Origin: a virus
Strand: one strand, 5' to 3'
Length of the DNA: 64,000 nucleotides
IMG/VR virus record: IMGVR_UViG_3300027870_000001
Span: 1-64,000 of that record
Part shown: piece by piece, positions 1-9,652 of the stretch
Numbering within the stretch: the stretch's first letter is position 1
Layout: each line of letters opens with the position of its first letter
The notes under the pieces: model-generated
Seen by the model: the letters and a program-made list of their open reading frames with translations, nothing else
What the model was told of the DNA's origin: nothing
Databases searched by the model: none
Program-made: the position numbers and the translations under genes

Positions 1-70
1 GCCCGGCCCACCGCTGGGTGTCCACCACGGTCGTCTCGATCGAGGCGACCCTCAACCCAACGGGAGCAGC

Positions 71-418
71 ATGACCAAGCACGACGACGAGGACGGGGGG
101 CGGACCTTCGATCAGGTCCTCCTCGACTACCGGCGCGGTGGCCTCAACATGGAGATCACCGCTGCCGTCAACGAGACGACCCAGGCGGTCCTGGCCACCG
201 GCAAGACCGGCAAGGTCACCATCGAGCTGGAGATCACCCCGAACGGGCTCCGCATGGTCAACATGCGCGGCTTGGTCAAGACCAAGGCTCCCGAGGCCGA
301 CGTCGAGGTCGGGTCGTACTTCGTGGGCCGCGGCGGTGGCCTCTACCGCGACGACCCGACCGCCTCCAAGGGCGCCGCGGTCGTGTCCGGTGCGGCCGAC
401 CGGGGGGAGGTCGGCTGA
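71..418 (+). CDS. Phage protein, YfdP-like, partner of DUF2303
   Basis: SD GGGAG; GKTGKVTIELEITP...FVGRGGGLYRDDP pattern typical of the small gene preceding DUF2303; TGATG coupling. Confidence 0.6.
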   Translation: MTKHDDEDGGRTFDQVLLDYRRGGLNMEITAAVNETTQAVLATGKTGKVTIELEITPNGLRMVNMRGLVKTKAPEADVEVGSYFVGRGGGLYRDDPTASKGAAVVSGAADRGEVG

Positions 419-1359
419 TGGACACCGAAGCCGAAGCTGTAGCCGAGCTGGTCGTCGACGCCGCTGGCGTCTCCCAGGTCGAGATCGACCCCACGGACCC
501 GGCCACCGTCGCCGTGGTCCGCACCAACGAGTTGGAGAGGTGGGTGGAGATCGACGGTGAAGCGCACGGCTACGAGCCGCGCCGCTCCGCTGGCAAGATC
601 ACCGTCACCGACGCCGACTCGTTCGCCAAGGCGATCGAGCAGCGTCGCCTCGGCCCCTACACCCCGGTGATCTACTCCGACGAGCGCAACCTCAAGCTGG
701 TCGCCGTCCTCAACGACGACCAGCAGGACGGTGACGACAACACCGTCACCGGGTGGCGGGACTACCGGATCGAGCTGGACCTGGCCCAGACGCCCGAGTG
801 GGAGTCCTGGAAGGGCCTCGACCGCAAGATGGTGGCCCAGCTCCAGTTCGCTGAGCACATCGAGCTGAACACCGACGACGTCGTCGAGCCGTCCTCCGCT
901 GAGATGCTGGAGATCGCCCAGAACTTCCAGGCCCGCCGTGGCGGCGAGTTCCGGTCCGGGCTCCGCCTCGCCACCGGCAACGTCCAGTTCCTCGACGTGG
1001 TCGACAACGAGGCCACCACCACGACCGCCGCGGGCACGTCGGTCCAGGTGCCCGAGCTGTTCACCATCGCGCTGGCCCCGTTCTACGGGGCAGGCCGGTA
1101 CGCCACCGTCGAGGGATCCGACGAGCCAGGCGAGTGGGGGCCGGCCCGGTTCTCGCTCCAGGCCCGTCTCCGGTGGCGGATCACCAGCGGCAAGCTGGAG
1201 CTCGGCTACCACCTCGTGCGACCCGACGACATGGTCCGCACCGCGTACCTGGCGTTCGTCGAGCGGGTCAAGGAGCTGACCGAGCTGGACGTGCTCGCTG
1301 CACCGGCCCCGCCGATCAGCGACGTGCCCAACACGGTGAAGGTGCACGCCGGCCGGTAA
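418..1359 (+). CDS. DUF2303 (YfdQ-like) family protein
   Basis: DADSF..AI, TPEWESW, QLQFAEHIE, PELFTIALAPF, ARLRWRI..GKL motifs. Confidence 0.8.
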   Translation: MDTEAEAVAELVVDAAGVSQVEIDPTDPATVAVVRTNELERWVEIDGEAHGYEPRRSAGKITVTDADSFAKAIEQRRLGPYTPVIYSDERNLKLVAVLNDDQQDGDDNTVTGWRDYRIELDLAQTPEWESWKGLDRKMVAQLQFAEHIELNTDDVVEPSSAEMLEIAQNFQARRGGEFRSGLRLATGNVQFLDVVDNEATTTTAAGTSVQVPELFTIALAPFYGAGRYATVEGSDEPGEWGPARFSLQARLRWRITSGKLELGYHLVRPDDMVRTAYLAFVERVKELTELDVLAAPAPPISDVPNTVKVHAGR

Positions 1360-1381
1360 CGTCTCCGGGCGGAGACGGTGG

Positions 1382-1421
1382 GATGGTGCCCTCGGTTCGC
1401 GCCGGGGGCACCATCGCGTTT
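1382..1421 (+). terminator. Intrinsic terminator hairpin
   Basis: GATGGTGCCCTCGG/CCGGGGGCACCATC 14-bp stem followed by GCGTTT, just after the DUF2303 stop. Confidence 0.7.
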
Positions 1422-1465
1422 GGGGGTCCACCTGGGCGCGGAGGGCCGGTCGTAGCGTTCCGGGG

Positions 1466-2662
1466 GTGACGACCGCGAAGAAGACCCCCGCCAAGAAGTC
1501 CCCGGCTGCCAAGAAGACGGCAGCGAAGAAGGCCCCGGCCAAGAAGGCGGCGCCCGCCAAGAAGGCCGCAGCGAAGAAGGCGGCGCCCAAGAAGGCCGCG
1601 GCGGCACGCAAGCCGCCCGCCCCGAAGCCCGACGAGAGCACCCCCAATCCTTCTGAGCCGGTCGTCGAGACTCCTGAGGGGGAACTCACCCCCGAGCAGG
1701 TCGTCGCCGCACGGGACGTGATCCTGAGCCGGCTCGCGCTGGACCCGGCGGTCACGTTCACCACGGTGGGCGACGAGATCCCCGATCACGGCGAGAACGA
1801 CGAGGGTGACGAGCTCCACCACGAGCTGGTCGAGAGCGAGATGGCGCACGCCTTCGCCACCCTGGCCAAGGCCGGCGCCCCGGCGGAGCGGTCCACGGCG
1901 CAGCTCCGGGCGCTCTACGCCCCGTCGTGCACGCCGCCGTTCGTGACGGTCACCCTGTTCGGCGGGGCCCGGGTCACGATCGACCCGATCATCGTCGCCG
2001 CGGCGGACGCCCTCAACCACGCGCTCATCGCCTTCGACTACGCCGCGACGCCCCCGGACTGCGGTGCCTACAACTGCCGGCACATCACCGGCGGGCTGCT
2101 CGACTCGCTCCACGCCTTCGGCATCGCGATCGACATCAACTGGTTGCTGAACCGGTACGGGCCCACCCTCGTGAGCGACATGCCGATCGGGATGATCATC
2201 GCGATCGAGGGGATCCGCACCGTCGGCGGCGTGAAGGTCTGGCGTTGGGGCGGGCGGTACCGCGGCAACAAGGACGGGATGCACTTCGAGGTCATCGCCT
2301 CCCCGGCGGAGCTGGCCCGAGGCATCGACCCGACGACCGTGCCCGGTGCGAAGGCGTCGGACATGCCGCGCCTGGTGCACTCGATGCGCCGCGGTGGAGC
2401 CACGAACCGCAAGGCCGACGTCGAGGCCGTGCAGCGCCACGTGAACGTGATCCTCCAGCGGTCGGGGTGGTCCGCTCCGCTGCTCCGCATCGACGGCGAC
2501 TTCGGGACCGCGACCGAGATGGCCGTGACGTGGATCCAGCAGAACGTCATCGAGATCAACACGTCGCTCCCGGCCGACAAGAAGATCCTCCCGGCCGGCG
2601 CGAAGGCCAACGGGGTGATCGGCCCGAAGTGGCTGAACCTGATCTGGTGGTTCTCCGCCTGA
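1466..2662 (+). CDS. Endolysin: histone H1-like PAKK N-terminus, M15 peptidase, peptidoglycan-binding domain
   Basis: GAYNCR, SLHAFGIAIDIN, WGG.Y.G.KDGMHFE (M15 Zn ligands); DGDFG..TE.AV PG-binding motif; TAGCGT (1453-1458) 7 nt before GTG. Confidence 0.8.
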   Translation: MTTAKKTPAKKSPAAKKTAAKKAPAKKAAPAKKAAAKKAAPKKAAAARKPPAPKPDESTPNPSEPVVETPEGELTPEQVVAARDVILSRLALDPAVTFTTVGDEIPDHGENDEGDELHHELVESEMAHAFATLAKAGAPAERSTAQLRALYAPSCTPPFVTVTLFGGARVTIDPIIVAAADALNHALIAFDYAATPPDCGAYNCRHITGGLLDSLHAFGIAIDINWLLNRYGPTLVSDMPIGMIIAIEGIRTVGGVKVWRWGGRYRGNKDGMHFEVIASPAELARGIDPTTVPGAKASDMPRLVHSMRRGGATNRKADVEAVQRHVNVILQRSGWSAPLLRIDGDFGTATEMAVTWIQQNVIEINTSLPADKKILPAGAKANGVIGPKWLNLIWWFSA

Positions 2663-2681
2663 CCACGGCGCCCTTGCGCTA

Positions 2682-2703
2682 ACTGTCTCGGATCGGTTAC
2701 AGT
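2682..2703 (+). promoter_or_regulatory. Dyad promoter element (10-nt spacer type), -35 TTGCGC, leaderless ATG 2711
   Basis: ACTGTCTCGGATCGGTTACAGT. Confidence 0.85.
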
Positions 2704-2710
2704 CACGGGC

Positions 2711-2992
2711 ATGGAAGCCCCGACCTTTCCCCTCACCGCCGGTCAGGTGATCCCCGGCCTCGCCGTCACCTACCGCGACGCCGACAACGCACGCCGGCAC
2801 GGCAGCGTCACCGAACTGACCGGCACCCCGTCGTTCCAGTTCGCCAAGATCACCTGGGCCGACGGCACCACCTCCTCGGTGTCCGTCGCCATGCTGGTCC
2901 GCCAGCACGGCATCAACCGTGGTCTGGGCGCCACCGGAGGGTGGATGGCCACCGCGCTCGCCCCCACCCCTGACCGGGTCGGTGGACCATGA
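2711..2992 (+). CDS. Hypothetical protein (leaderless, MEAP start)
   Basis: ORF 7 nt downstream of -10 TACAGT. Confidence 0.7.
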   Translation: MEAPTFPLTAGQVIPGLAVTYRDADNARRHGSVTELTGTPSFQFAKITWADGTTSSVSVAMLVRQHGINRGLGATGGWMATALAPTPDRVGGP

Positions 2993-3006
2993 CCGCGGTC
3001 CCCGAT

Positions 3007-3029
3007 GCTGTCGCCGCTGGTGCTACAGT
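3007..3029 (+). promoter_or_regulatory. Dyad promoter element (11-nt spacer, TG-extended -10), leaderless ATG 3037
   Basis: GCTGTCGCCGCTGGTGCTACAGT. Confidence 0.8.
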
Positions 3030-3036
3030 GACCGGC

Positions 3037-3450
3037 ATGACAGCCGCCAAGAACCCGGTCACCCAGCCGATCCTCGGCGTGCTGGAGATCGCCCACATGC
3101 TCGACGTGAAGGACCGCACGGTCCACCAGTGGCTCCGCCGTGAGCTGCTCCCCCACGCCGACTACGGCGTGATCAACGGCTCCCGATGCTGGTCCCGGCC
3201 GGTCATCCTCAAGTGGGCCGGTGAGACGGGGCGGTTGACCTCCAAGGCCCTGCGCGACGAGTACGAGCAGACCTACAAGGTGAAGGCGCTCCCCGTCCGT
3301 CGTGGTGGCCGGCTCCCCGTCGACGACCCGCCCCTCTCGGCCGTGAAGGGCAAGGGCCCGGCCAAGCGGAAGCCCGCAGCGAAGAAGGCCCCCGCCAAGA
3401 AGGTGTCGGCCCGCAAGAAGGCGAACGCCAAAGTGAAGGCCACCGCGTGA
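3037..3450 (+). CDS. HTH DNA-binding protein (AlpA/excisionase/MerR-like) with PAKK-rich basic tail
   Basis: ILGVLEIAHMLDVKDRTVHQWLRRELLP..D..INGSRCW; start revised to the leaderless ATG. Confidence 0.7.
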   Translation: MTAAKNPVTQPILGVLEIAHMLDVKDRTVHQWLRRELLPHADYGVINGSRCWSRPVILKWAGETGRLTSKALRDEYEQTYKVKALPVRRGGRLPVDDPPLSAVKGKGPAKRKPAAKKAPAKKVSARKKANAKVKATA

Positions 3451-3809
3451 GGGCTCTCCGCCGCGGCACCAGGCTCGCGGTCGAGTCGTCGGCGCTCGGT
3501 GTCGCATCGTGGCGGCTGACCCGCCTCGTGGTCGAGGACGGCATCTGGGCACCGACCCGCGAACGGCTCCTCTCCGCTCTGTGGGCCACCGCCACCCAGG
3601 ACGGTCCACGGTGGCGGGTGTTCCTCGCCGGGAAGCTGTACGAGCTGCTCACCTGCCCCTGGTGCGTCGGGGTGTGGGCCGCGCTGGTCATCGTGTGCGT
3701 GTGGCGCCGGAAGTGGCCGTGGCAGCTCCGCCACGACACCTGGGTCCTGGTCGCCGCGACCGCCGGGGCGAACGGCCTCATCGTCGCTGGGGTCGCCGCC
3801 TCCGAGTAA
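3447..3809 (+). CDS. DUF1360-like membrane protein
   Basis: WRLTRLVVEDGI...R...LYELLTCPWCVGVW; hydrophobic segments; directly upstream of the portal. Confidence 0.7.
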   Translation: MRALRRGTRLAVESSALGVASWRLTRLVVEDGIWAPTRERLLSALWATATQDGPRWRVFLAGKLYELLTCPWCVGVWAALVIVCVWRRKWPWQLRHDTWVLVAATAGANGLIVAGVAASE

Positions 3810-3983
3810 GGTGACCTCCTCGCCTGCGATGACCCCGGCTTCAACCACCGGGTAGCGGTCGAGTGGTGGACGACGGTGCCCCAGGCGCCGGCCCCGCAAG
3901 ATGGCCCACCGGTCCGCCGGTGGGCCATCTGCGTTCCTGACCATGCCCAGGTCGGCACACCGGTCCCCCATAGAATCCGGGCG

Positions 3984-6032
3984 ATGGCTGACGGACAGAA
4001 GCGACGCAACCTGTTCGGCCTCACCCGGAAGCGAGTCGCTGGCTCCACGTCGATGGCGATGGTCCAGCCCCAGAAGGGCATCGCCAAGACGTCCGCCGCC
4101 TCCCAGATCAAGGAAGGTGCGCACCGCCGCGACCGGCAGTCGCCCGACCGGGCATGGCAGCGCGAGGCGTACGAGTTGGCCGTCGACGTCGGTGAAGCCG
4201 GGTACGTGCTGTCGCTCACCGCGAACACCGTCGCTGGCGGTGAGCTGGTCCCGATGATCAAGACCGGGCCCGGCGAGTTCAAGGAGCACAACGACCCGCG
4301 GATCACCCGGGTCGACGAGGCGTTCGTCGGTCCCCGAGGTGGACGCCGCGAGCTCAAGCGGCGGCTCGCGACGCACGTGATGATCGGCGGCGAGTGGTGG
4401 CTCAAGGCCACCGCCGCCGAGGTCGACGACGGGCTCCTCTGGGAAGCCCTGTCGGTGCTGGAGCTGTCCGTCGACCCGCAAGGCAAGGTGTGGCGCCAAG
4501 AGGACGGGGTGGTCCGCACCGAGGAGGATCCCGAGTCGTACCTGGCCCGCGGGTGGGTGTCGGCCCCGGAGTATTCGGGGCGCGCCGACTCGCAGATGCG
4601 CCGGGCTCTGCCGGCGTGCCGTGAGATCGCCGTCCACACCCAGGCCATCGACGCCGTGTCGAAGTCGAAGCTCCCCGCCGGGGTGTTCTACGTCCCGATC
4701 GAGATCGAGATCGACGGCGACGGCGACGTCGGCATCGAAGGCAACGACGACACCGCGGACCTGGACGAGGTCGAGGAAGGCGAGGTCGTCGACGAGGAAG
4801 ATGAGGAAGGGCCGCTCGGGCTCGACGAGAAGATCCTCCTCCACTTCACCGCCGCCGTGGAGGACCGCACTGACCAGGCCCGGTACTCGCCGTTCTTGCT
4901 GCGCGGCCCCGGCGAGCAGGCCGGGAACATCAAGTGGATCGACGTCTCCCGGGAGCTGTCGAAGGAAGCTCTGGAGCTGCGGCAGGCGGCGATCGCCCGG
5001 CTCGCGAAGATCCTCGACGTCCCCCCGGAGGTGCTCGAAGGCAAGGGCGGTCTGAACCACTGGACCGGGTACAACATCGACGCCGATTTCATCGCGAAGT
5101 TCGTCGCGGCGATCGGTGAGATCATCGCTGAGTTCCTCACCGTCGCGTACCTGCGCCCGATGCTGGTCGCCTACGAGGGCATGTCCGAGCAGGACGTGGC
5201 GTCGATCGAGTACCAGTACAAGACCGACGCTCTGGAAGGTCAGCCTGACGGAGCCGGCACGGCCCGCGCGATGTGGGATCGTGGCCCCCTGTCGACCGAC
5301 GCCATGATGAAGGCCAACGGGTACGACCCCGTCGCTGACGCCGCACCGCCCGAGGAGCGGATCGAGCGGATCGCGCTCGACCTCCTGGTCAAGCGCCCTG
5401 ATCTCGCGGCCCAGTTGCTCCCGAAGATCCGCGGGTTCGAGGACATCGTGGTCCCCGCCGCCGTGGCCGGTGCGCCGGGGATGCCAAGCCCAGCGCCTGG
5501 TACCCCCGGGCCGGCCCCAGAAGACCCCGAAGCGGTCGGGCCTCCCGTTCCGCCTGCCACCCCGCCCGGTGGCGCAGCACGCCTCGTGGACCGTCTCGTC
5601 GCCGCCGCGGACGGCGCGGTCGAGCGGGCCATGGAACGAGCCGGGTCCCGGCTGTGCGACACGGTCCGCGACCCCGGGCTCAAGGCGTCGCTCCGCCAGG
5701 TCGACAAGCTCGCCGTGTTCACCGTCGCCGGCCCCGCTGACCTCGCCCAGATCGGCCTCGACCCCAACCAGATGTTCACCGCAGAACTGGCCCGGTTCGG
5801 GCCGAAGGTGCGCGGCTGGGTCCGCGACCACCTCACCTCGAACGGCATGACCCCCGCGATGGCCGACAACGAGGCGTCGCTCGCCGCCGACGCGCTGATC
5901 GTGTCGCTCACCGGGCTGCTGATCGAGACGCTCCACTCGGGGTGCCCGGTCGGGGCCAACGGCTGCCGGGTCCCGGACGAACTCGTCAACGAGGCGATCA
6001 GGGACTACGTCCGAGTCCCCGCCGGGGTCTGA
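3984..6032 (+). CDS. Portal protein
   Basis: AWQREAYE..DVGE..Y and LDVPPEVLEG...NHW motifs of cluster-B-like actinophage portals; TAGAAT (3971-3976) 7 nt before ATG. Confidence 0.8.
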   Translation: MADGQKRRNLFGLTRKRVAGSTSMAMVQPQKGIAKTSAASQIKEGAHRRDRQSPDRAWQREAYELAVDVGEAGYVLSLTANTVAGGELVPMIKTGPGEFKEHNDPRITRVDEAFVGPRGGRRELKRRLATHVMIGGEWWLKATAAEVDDGLLWEALSVLELSVDPQGKVWRQEDGVVRTEEDPESYLARGWVSAPEYSGRADSQMRRALPACREIAVHTQAIDAVSKSKLPAGVFYVPIEIEIDGDGDVGIEGNDDTADLDEVEEGEVVDEEDEEGPLGLDEKILLHFTAAVEDRTDQARYSPFLLRGPGEQAGNIKWIDVSRELSKEALELRQAAIARLAKILDVPPEVLEGKGGLNHWTGYNIDADFIAKFVAAIGEIIAEFLTVAYLRPMLVAYEGMSEQDVASIEYQYKTDALEGQPDGAGTARAMWDRGPLSTDAMMKANGYDPVADAAPPEERIERIALDLLVKRPDLAAQLLPKIRGFEDIVVPAAVAGAPGMPSPAPGTPGPAPEDPEAVGPPVPPATPPGGAARLVDRLVAAADGAVERAMERAGSRLCDTVRDPGLKASLRQVDKLAVFTVAGPADLAQIGLDPNQMFTAELARFGPKVRGWVRDHLTSNGMTPAMADNEASLAADALIVSLTGLLIETLHSGCPVGANGCRVPDELVNEAIRDYVRVPAGV

Positions 6033-6035
6033 CCG

Positions 6036-9000
6036 ATGTCGTTGTCCAAGCAGGAGCGGGCCACCCTGCGGATGGAACGCGCCTTCGCTGGGCTGGTCGC
6101 GAAGATGCGGCACGAGGTCGTCCGGGAGCTGCGCCGCGCTGCGATCCCAGCCGGTGGCCTGGTCGCCGCGGGCCCGGACCCGAAGGCCGTCGTGCCCGGG
6201 GTCCAGGGGCTGTTCGACGACCTCGCCTGGGAAGCCGACGTGTACGACGACATCGGCCCGATCGTCGAGGAGCTCATCGCCTCCGCCGGCGCGAAGGCCG
6301 TGGCCGGCTACGCGTTCGACGTGACGAACCCCGCTGCCGCCGCGACGGTCCGGGCGCATGTCGCCGCGATCGCCGGGTGGGGCGAAGGGATCTCCGAAAC
6401 GGTCGCCTCCACCGTCGAGCGCGGGGTCGCCGCGGGCTGGTCGATCGACGAGCTGGTCAACGGGCTCATGGACTCGGGGGTGTTCTCCGACGCGGTGGCC
6501 CGCAACATCGCCCGCACCGAGGCCGTGTCCGCAACGAACGCCGGTGAAGTTGCCGCCTGGCGAGACTCGGGGCTGGTGGCCACCAAGACGTGGATGGCCA
6601 CCGACGACGACCGCACCCGCGAGGACCACTCCGAGGCCGACGGCCAGGAGGTCCCGATCGACGGGTACTTCGACGTCGGCGGCGAGGAAGCCGACTACCC
6701 CGGTGACCCGTCCCTGTCGGCCGAGCAGCGATGCAACTGCCGCTGCACCTCCTACGCGACAGCGGTCGACGACACCGGCAACGAGACGCAGACCGCCCTC
6801 GAAGGCGACGACGCAGAGTTCGGGACCGGCCCCGGGCCGTCGCTCCCATGGATGGCCACCCGCACCGACGACGAGTGGCAGGGCACCGGCCGGTGGGTCG
6901 CCTATCCCAGTCGCCTCCCAGAAGCGACCGTAGCCTTGACCGCGACCGAACCCGAGGGGAACACCGTGACTGCAACCGTGACCGATCTGGCTGACGCCGC
7001 TGCTCCGCCCGCCGCCCCGCCGGCTGCACCGGCCGCGGATCCCAACACGCCCGACGACGGCGCCGGTGGCCACCCGGACTTCTCCAAGTCCGGGATGATC
7101 GCCCTCACCCCCGCCGACCCGACTGCGCTCGTGGTCGAGGGCGGCGACCCCCCGGAGGAGCTGCACGTCACGCTGGCGTTCCTCGGAGACGACGTCACCA
7201 CCCTGGAACAGGGTGCGCTCGACGCCGTGAACATGGCGCTCGCTGACGTCGCCGCAGCGTTCACCGGGCCGATCGACGTGTTCGTGTCGGGCGCTGGTGT
7301 GCTGGGCCCGAACGGGGCCGTGGTGCTGTTCCTGGAGGGCGAGGAGCTGGGCACCGCGTACGAGGCGGCGTGGGCCGAGCTCTACGACTACGGGGCCGAG
7401 TCGTTCCCGGAGCGGCACGAGTCGTTCATCCCGCACCTGACCCTCGGCTGGAACATCGACCTGGCGGCGGGGGTGGCGTTCGTCGGGCAGACGATCACCC
7501 TCGACCGGGCCACCCTCGTGATGGCCGACGTCACCACCGACACGGTGCTCGGCACCCCCGACCCCGACGCCGCGACGGATCCCGACCCCGAGGTGCCGCC
7601 CAACACCGACGCCGTCCCCCCGCCCGCGGCGACGGTCCAGTCGCTCATCGCGAAGCTCGCCACCCGGGTGCCGCGCCCCGACGGTGTGGCCGACCCGAAG
7701 ACGATCGACCGGTCCCGGCGGATGGCCAGCACCGACCTCGCGCCGCTCGGCCCCGACGCCGTCGAGGTCGTCCCCGACGAGGCCACGATCCCGATGACCT
7801 GGACGGGTCGGCTGCTCGTCGAGGGCATCGAGACGGGCGACTGGCGGTTCATCCAGGAAGGCGCGATCACCTGGCGCGACCTGCCCCTCACCTTGATGGC
7901 GATGTTCGCGAACCCCGACGGCGGGCAGGGCCACGCCGCGGCGAAGATCGTCGGCCGGATCGACGCCATCTGGCGCAACGAGGAGAACCCCGCCGAGGTG
8001 TGGGGCTCCGGGGTGTTCGACGAGTCCGACGACGGCCGGCTCGCGGCCCGTCTCGCGTTCGAGAAGACCATGAAGGGCGTCTCGGTCGACATGGACCGGA
8101 TGATCGCGGCGATCGCCCCGATCCCCGGCGACGACGGCACCACGATGACCCCGTGGGGCGAAGGGGTCCGCCTGGAAGTGACCGCCGCCCGGCTCATGGG
8201 CGCGACGCTCTGCCCGTTCCCGGCGTTCGCGGAGGCGTGGATCGAGCCGGCCGACCCGGAGGCTGCGCTCATCGCCTCTGGCCCGGAGACGGTGTGGCGG
8301 GTGTGGACCCCGTTCGACACCCCGGTCGTCACCCTCGTCGCTTCTGGTGGCGCCGGGAACGGCCCGCGGTACCCGGAGTTCCCGCCGGCCGAGTGGTTCA
8401 CCCGGATCGCGGAGCCCGAGCGCACCCCCGTTCGGGTCACCTCCGAAGGGCGGATCTCGGGCTACGTCGGCTCCTGGGACGACCTCCACATCAGCTTCCC
8501 GTACTCGCGGGTCAACCCGCCGCGGTCGCGCTGCAACTACGCGAAGTTCCGGCTCGGGGAGACGGAGTGCGCCGACGGCACCGTGGTGGCCACCGGGCCG
8601 CTGGTGTGCGACACGGTCCACCCGGACCTGCGCCTCGCCGCCTCGGATGCCCAAGCGTTCTACGCCCACACCGGGTGCGCGTTCGCTGACATCGTGGCGT
8701 GGGACGACAGCTACGGCATCTACATCGCCGGTGCGATCCGACCGACGGCGACCAACGCCCAGGTCCGTGCCCTGCGCGGCGGTGACGTGTCCCCCGACTG
8801 GCGTCCGATGAGCGGCCACCACGAGGCGGTGGCGTTCGTCGCCGTGAACAACTCCGGGTTCAAGGTGCCGCTCGCCCTCGCCGCCTCGGGTGGCGTGTCG
8901 CCGCTCGACGGTCCCCGAGTCCAGTTCGATGCCGATGGCCAGGCCCTCGGCATGGTCGCTGGTGGCGGGATGCGCGCCCGGATGGGTGCCCGCGATGACA

Positions 9001-9098
9001 TCGCTGCCCTGCGCGCCGAGCTCGACGAGTTGGCGGGTCACGTGATGAACTACCGTCGGGAGCGTGCAGCCCGAATCGCCGCCAACCTCACGGCGTGA
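6036..9098 (+). CDS. MuF-like minor head protein, 2H phosphoesterase and capsid maturation protease fusion
   Basis: IARTE, KTWMAT.DDRTREDH, NCRC (MuF); HVTL at 7164 and HLTL at 7434 (2H); ETGDWR, GVSVD, ATLCPFPAF, SPDWR (protease region). Confidence 0.8.
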   Translation: MSLSKQERATLRMERAFAGLVAKMRHEVVRELRRAAIPAGGLVAAGPDPKAVVPGVQGLFDDLAWEADVYDDIGPIVEELIASAGAKAVAGYAFDVTNPAAAATVRAHVAAIAGWGEGISETVASTVERGVAAGWSIDELVNGLMDSGVFSDAVARNIARTEAVSATNAGEVAAWRDSGLVATKTWMATDDDRTREDHSEADGQEVPIDGYFDVGGEEADYPGDPSLSAEQRCNCRCTSYATAVDDTGNETQTALEGDDAEFGTGPGPSLPWMATRTDDEWQGTGRWVAYPSRLPEATVALTATEPEGNTVTATVTDLADAAAPPAAPPAAPAADPNTPDDGAGGHPDFSKSGMIALTPADPTALVVEGGDPPEELHVTLAFLGDDVTTLEQGALDAVNMALADVAAAFTGPIDVFVSGAGVLGPNGAVVLFLEGEELGTAYEAAWAELYDYGAESFPERHESFIPHLTLGWNIDLAAGVAFVGQTITLDRATLVMADVTTDTVLGTPDPDAATDPDPEVPPNTDAVPPPAATVQSLIAKLATRVPRPDGVADPKTIDRSRRMASTDLAPLGPDAVEVVPDEATIPMTWTGRLLVEGIETGDWRFIQEGAITWRDLPLTLMAMFANPDGGQGHAAAKIVGRIDAIWRNEENPAEVWGSGVFDESDDGRLAARLAFEKTMKGVSVDMDRMIAAIAPIPGDDGTTMTPWGEGVRLEVTAARLMGATLCPFPAFAEAWIEPADPEAALIASGPETVWRVWTPFDTPVVTLVASGGAGNGPRYPEFPPAEWFTRIAEPERTPVRVTSEGRISGYVGSWDDLHISFPYSRVNPPRSRCNYAKFRLGETECADGTVVATGPLVCDTVHPDLRLAASDAQAFYAHTGCAFADIVAWDDSYGIYIAGAIRPTATNAQVRALRGGDVSPDWRPMSGHHEAVAFVAVNNSGFKVPLALAASGGVSPLDGPRVQFDADGQALGMVAGGGMRARMGARDDIAALRAELDELAGHVMNYRRERAARIAANLTA

Positions 9099-9120
9099 AG
9101 GGACCGACGGGTCCCGGCTG

Positions 9121-9297
9121 GTGATCCTGGCCGGTGGCCCGTCGGACGGGACTCGGATGAGGGTCGTTTGGCCGGCTGTGGAGTTCATGCGCCTGGCGAT
9201 CCCGGAGTGGGCGACGTACCGGTGGACGGGTGCCCGTTACGACTACGTGGGTCCCGAAAGGGTGGCCGTGTATCAGGCCCAGGATCGGGTAGAGTGA
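9121..9297 (+). CDS. Small hypothetical protein (GGP.DG motif)
   Basis: ILAGGPSDG motif common in small phage proteins; start uncertain. Confidence 0.5.
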   Translation: MILAGGPSDGTRMRVVWPAVEFMRLAIPEWATYRWTGARYDYVGPERVAVYQAQDRVE

Positions 9298-9336
9298 CAG
9301 CGTCCCGTCGTCGTCGCCCGTAGACGGATAGAGGAT

Positions 9337-9370
9337 GGCCCCTGGTCCCCGGACCGGGGGCCTTTCTCGT
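9337..9370 (+). terminator. Intrinsic terminator
   Basis: GGCCCCTGGTC/GACCGGGGGCC stem followed by TTTCTCGTT. Confidence 0.75.
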
Positions 9371-9379
9371 TCTCTGGTG

Positions 9380-9402
9380 ACTGTCACCGCCCGTGCTACA
9401 GT
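9380..9402 (+). promoter_or_regulatory. Dyad promoter element, leaderless ATG 9410
   Basis: ACTGTCACCGCCCGTGCTACAGT. Confidence 0.85.
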
Positions 9403-9409
9403 CGGGTTC

Positions 9410-9652
9410 ATGAACGAATCCTCAACCCTCACCCCGACGAGCCCCTTCACCGTGATCGCGGAGGTGGACGTCGATGCCGTCACCAAGCTGGCTGATGCCG
9501 AGAGGGCCTACGCCGCCGAGGTGTGCCCCAATCCGCTGCCGCTGCTCGCCCCTCACGTCGGCCACTGGCACAAGGGGCACGACATGGCCCACCCGGGCAA
9601 GGTGTGCACCGGCTGCGGGGCGATGGCGCCCACGATCGAGGGTCTCCAGTGA
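9410..9652 (+). CDS. Hypothetical protein (His/Cys-rich C-terminus)
   Basis: Leaderless ORF; CTGCG. Confidence 0.6.
   Translation: MNESSTLTPTSPFTVIAEVDVDAVTKLADAERAYAAEVCPNPLPLLAPHVGHWHKGHDMAHPGKVCTGCGAMAPTIEGLQ

Noticed and set aside
1478-1625. AAGAAG-rich tandem repeats as a DNA-level element
   Set aside because: Fully explained by PAKK/AAKK codons, with synonymous variation between units
3273-9188. 1971-aa minus-strand ORF and other long antisense ORFs (17865-19736, 49713-51593, 56626-59082)
   Set aside because: Shadow frames of high-GC plus-strand genes; Arg/Gly/His-rich with no motifs
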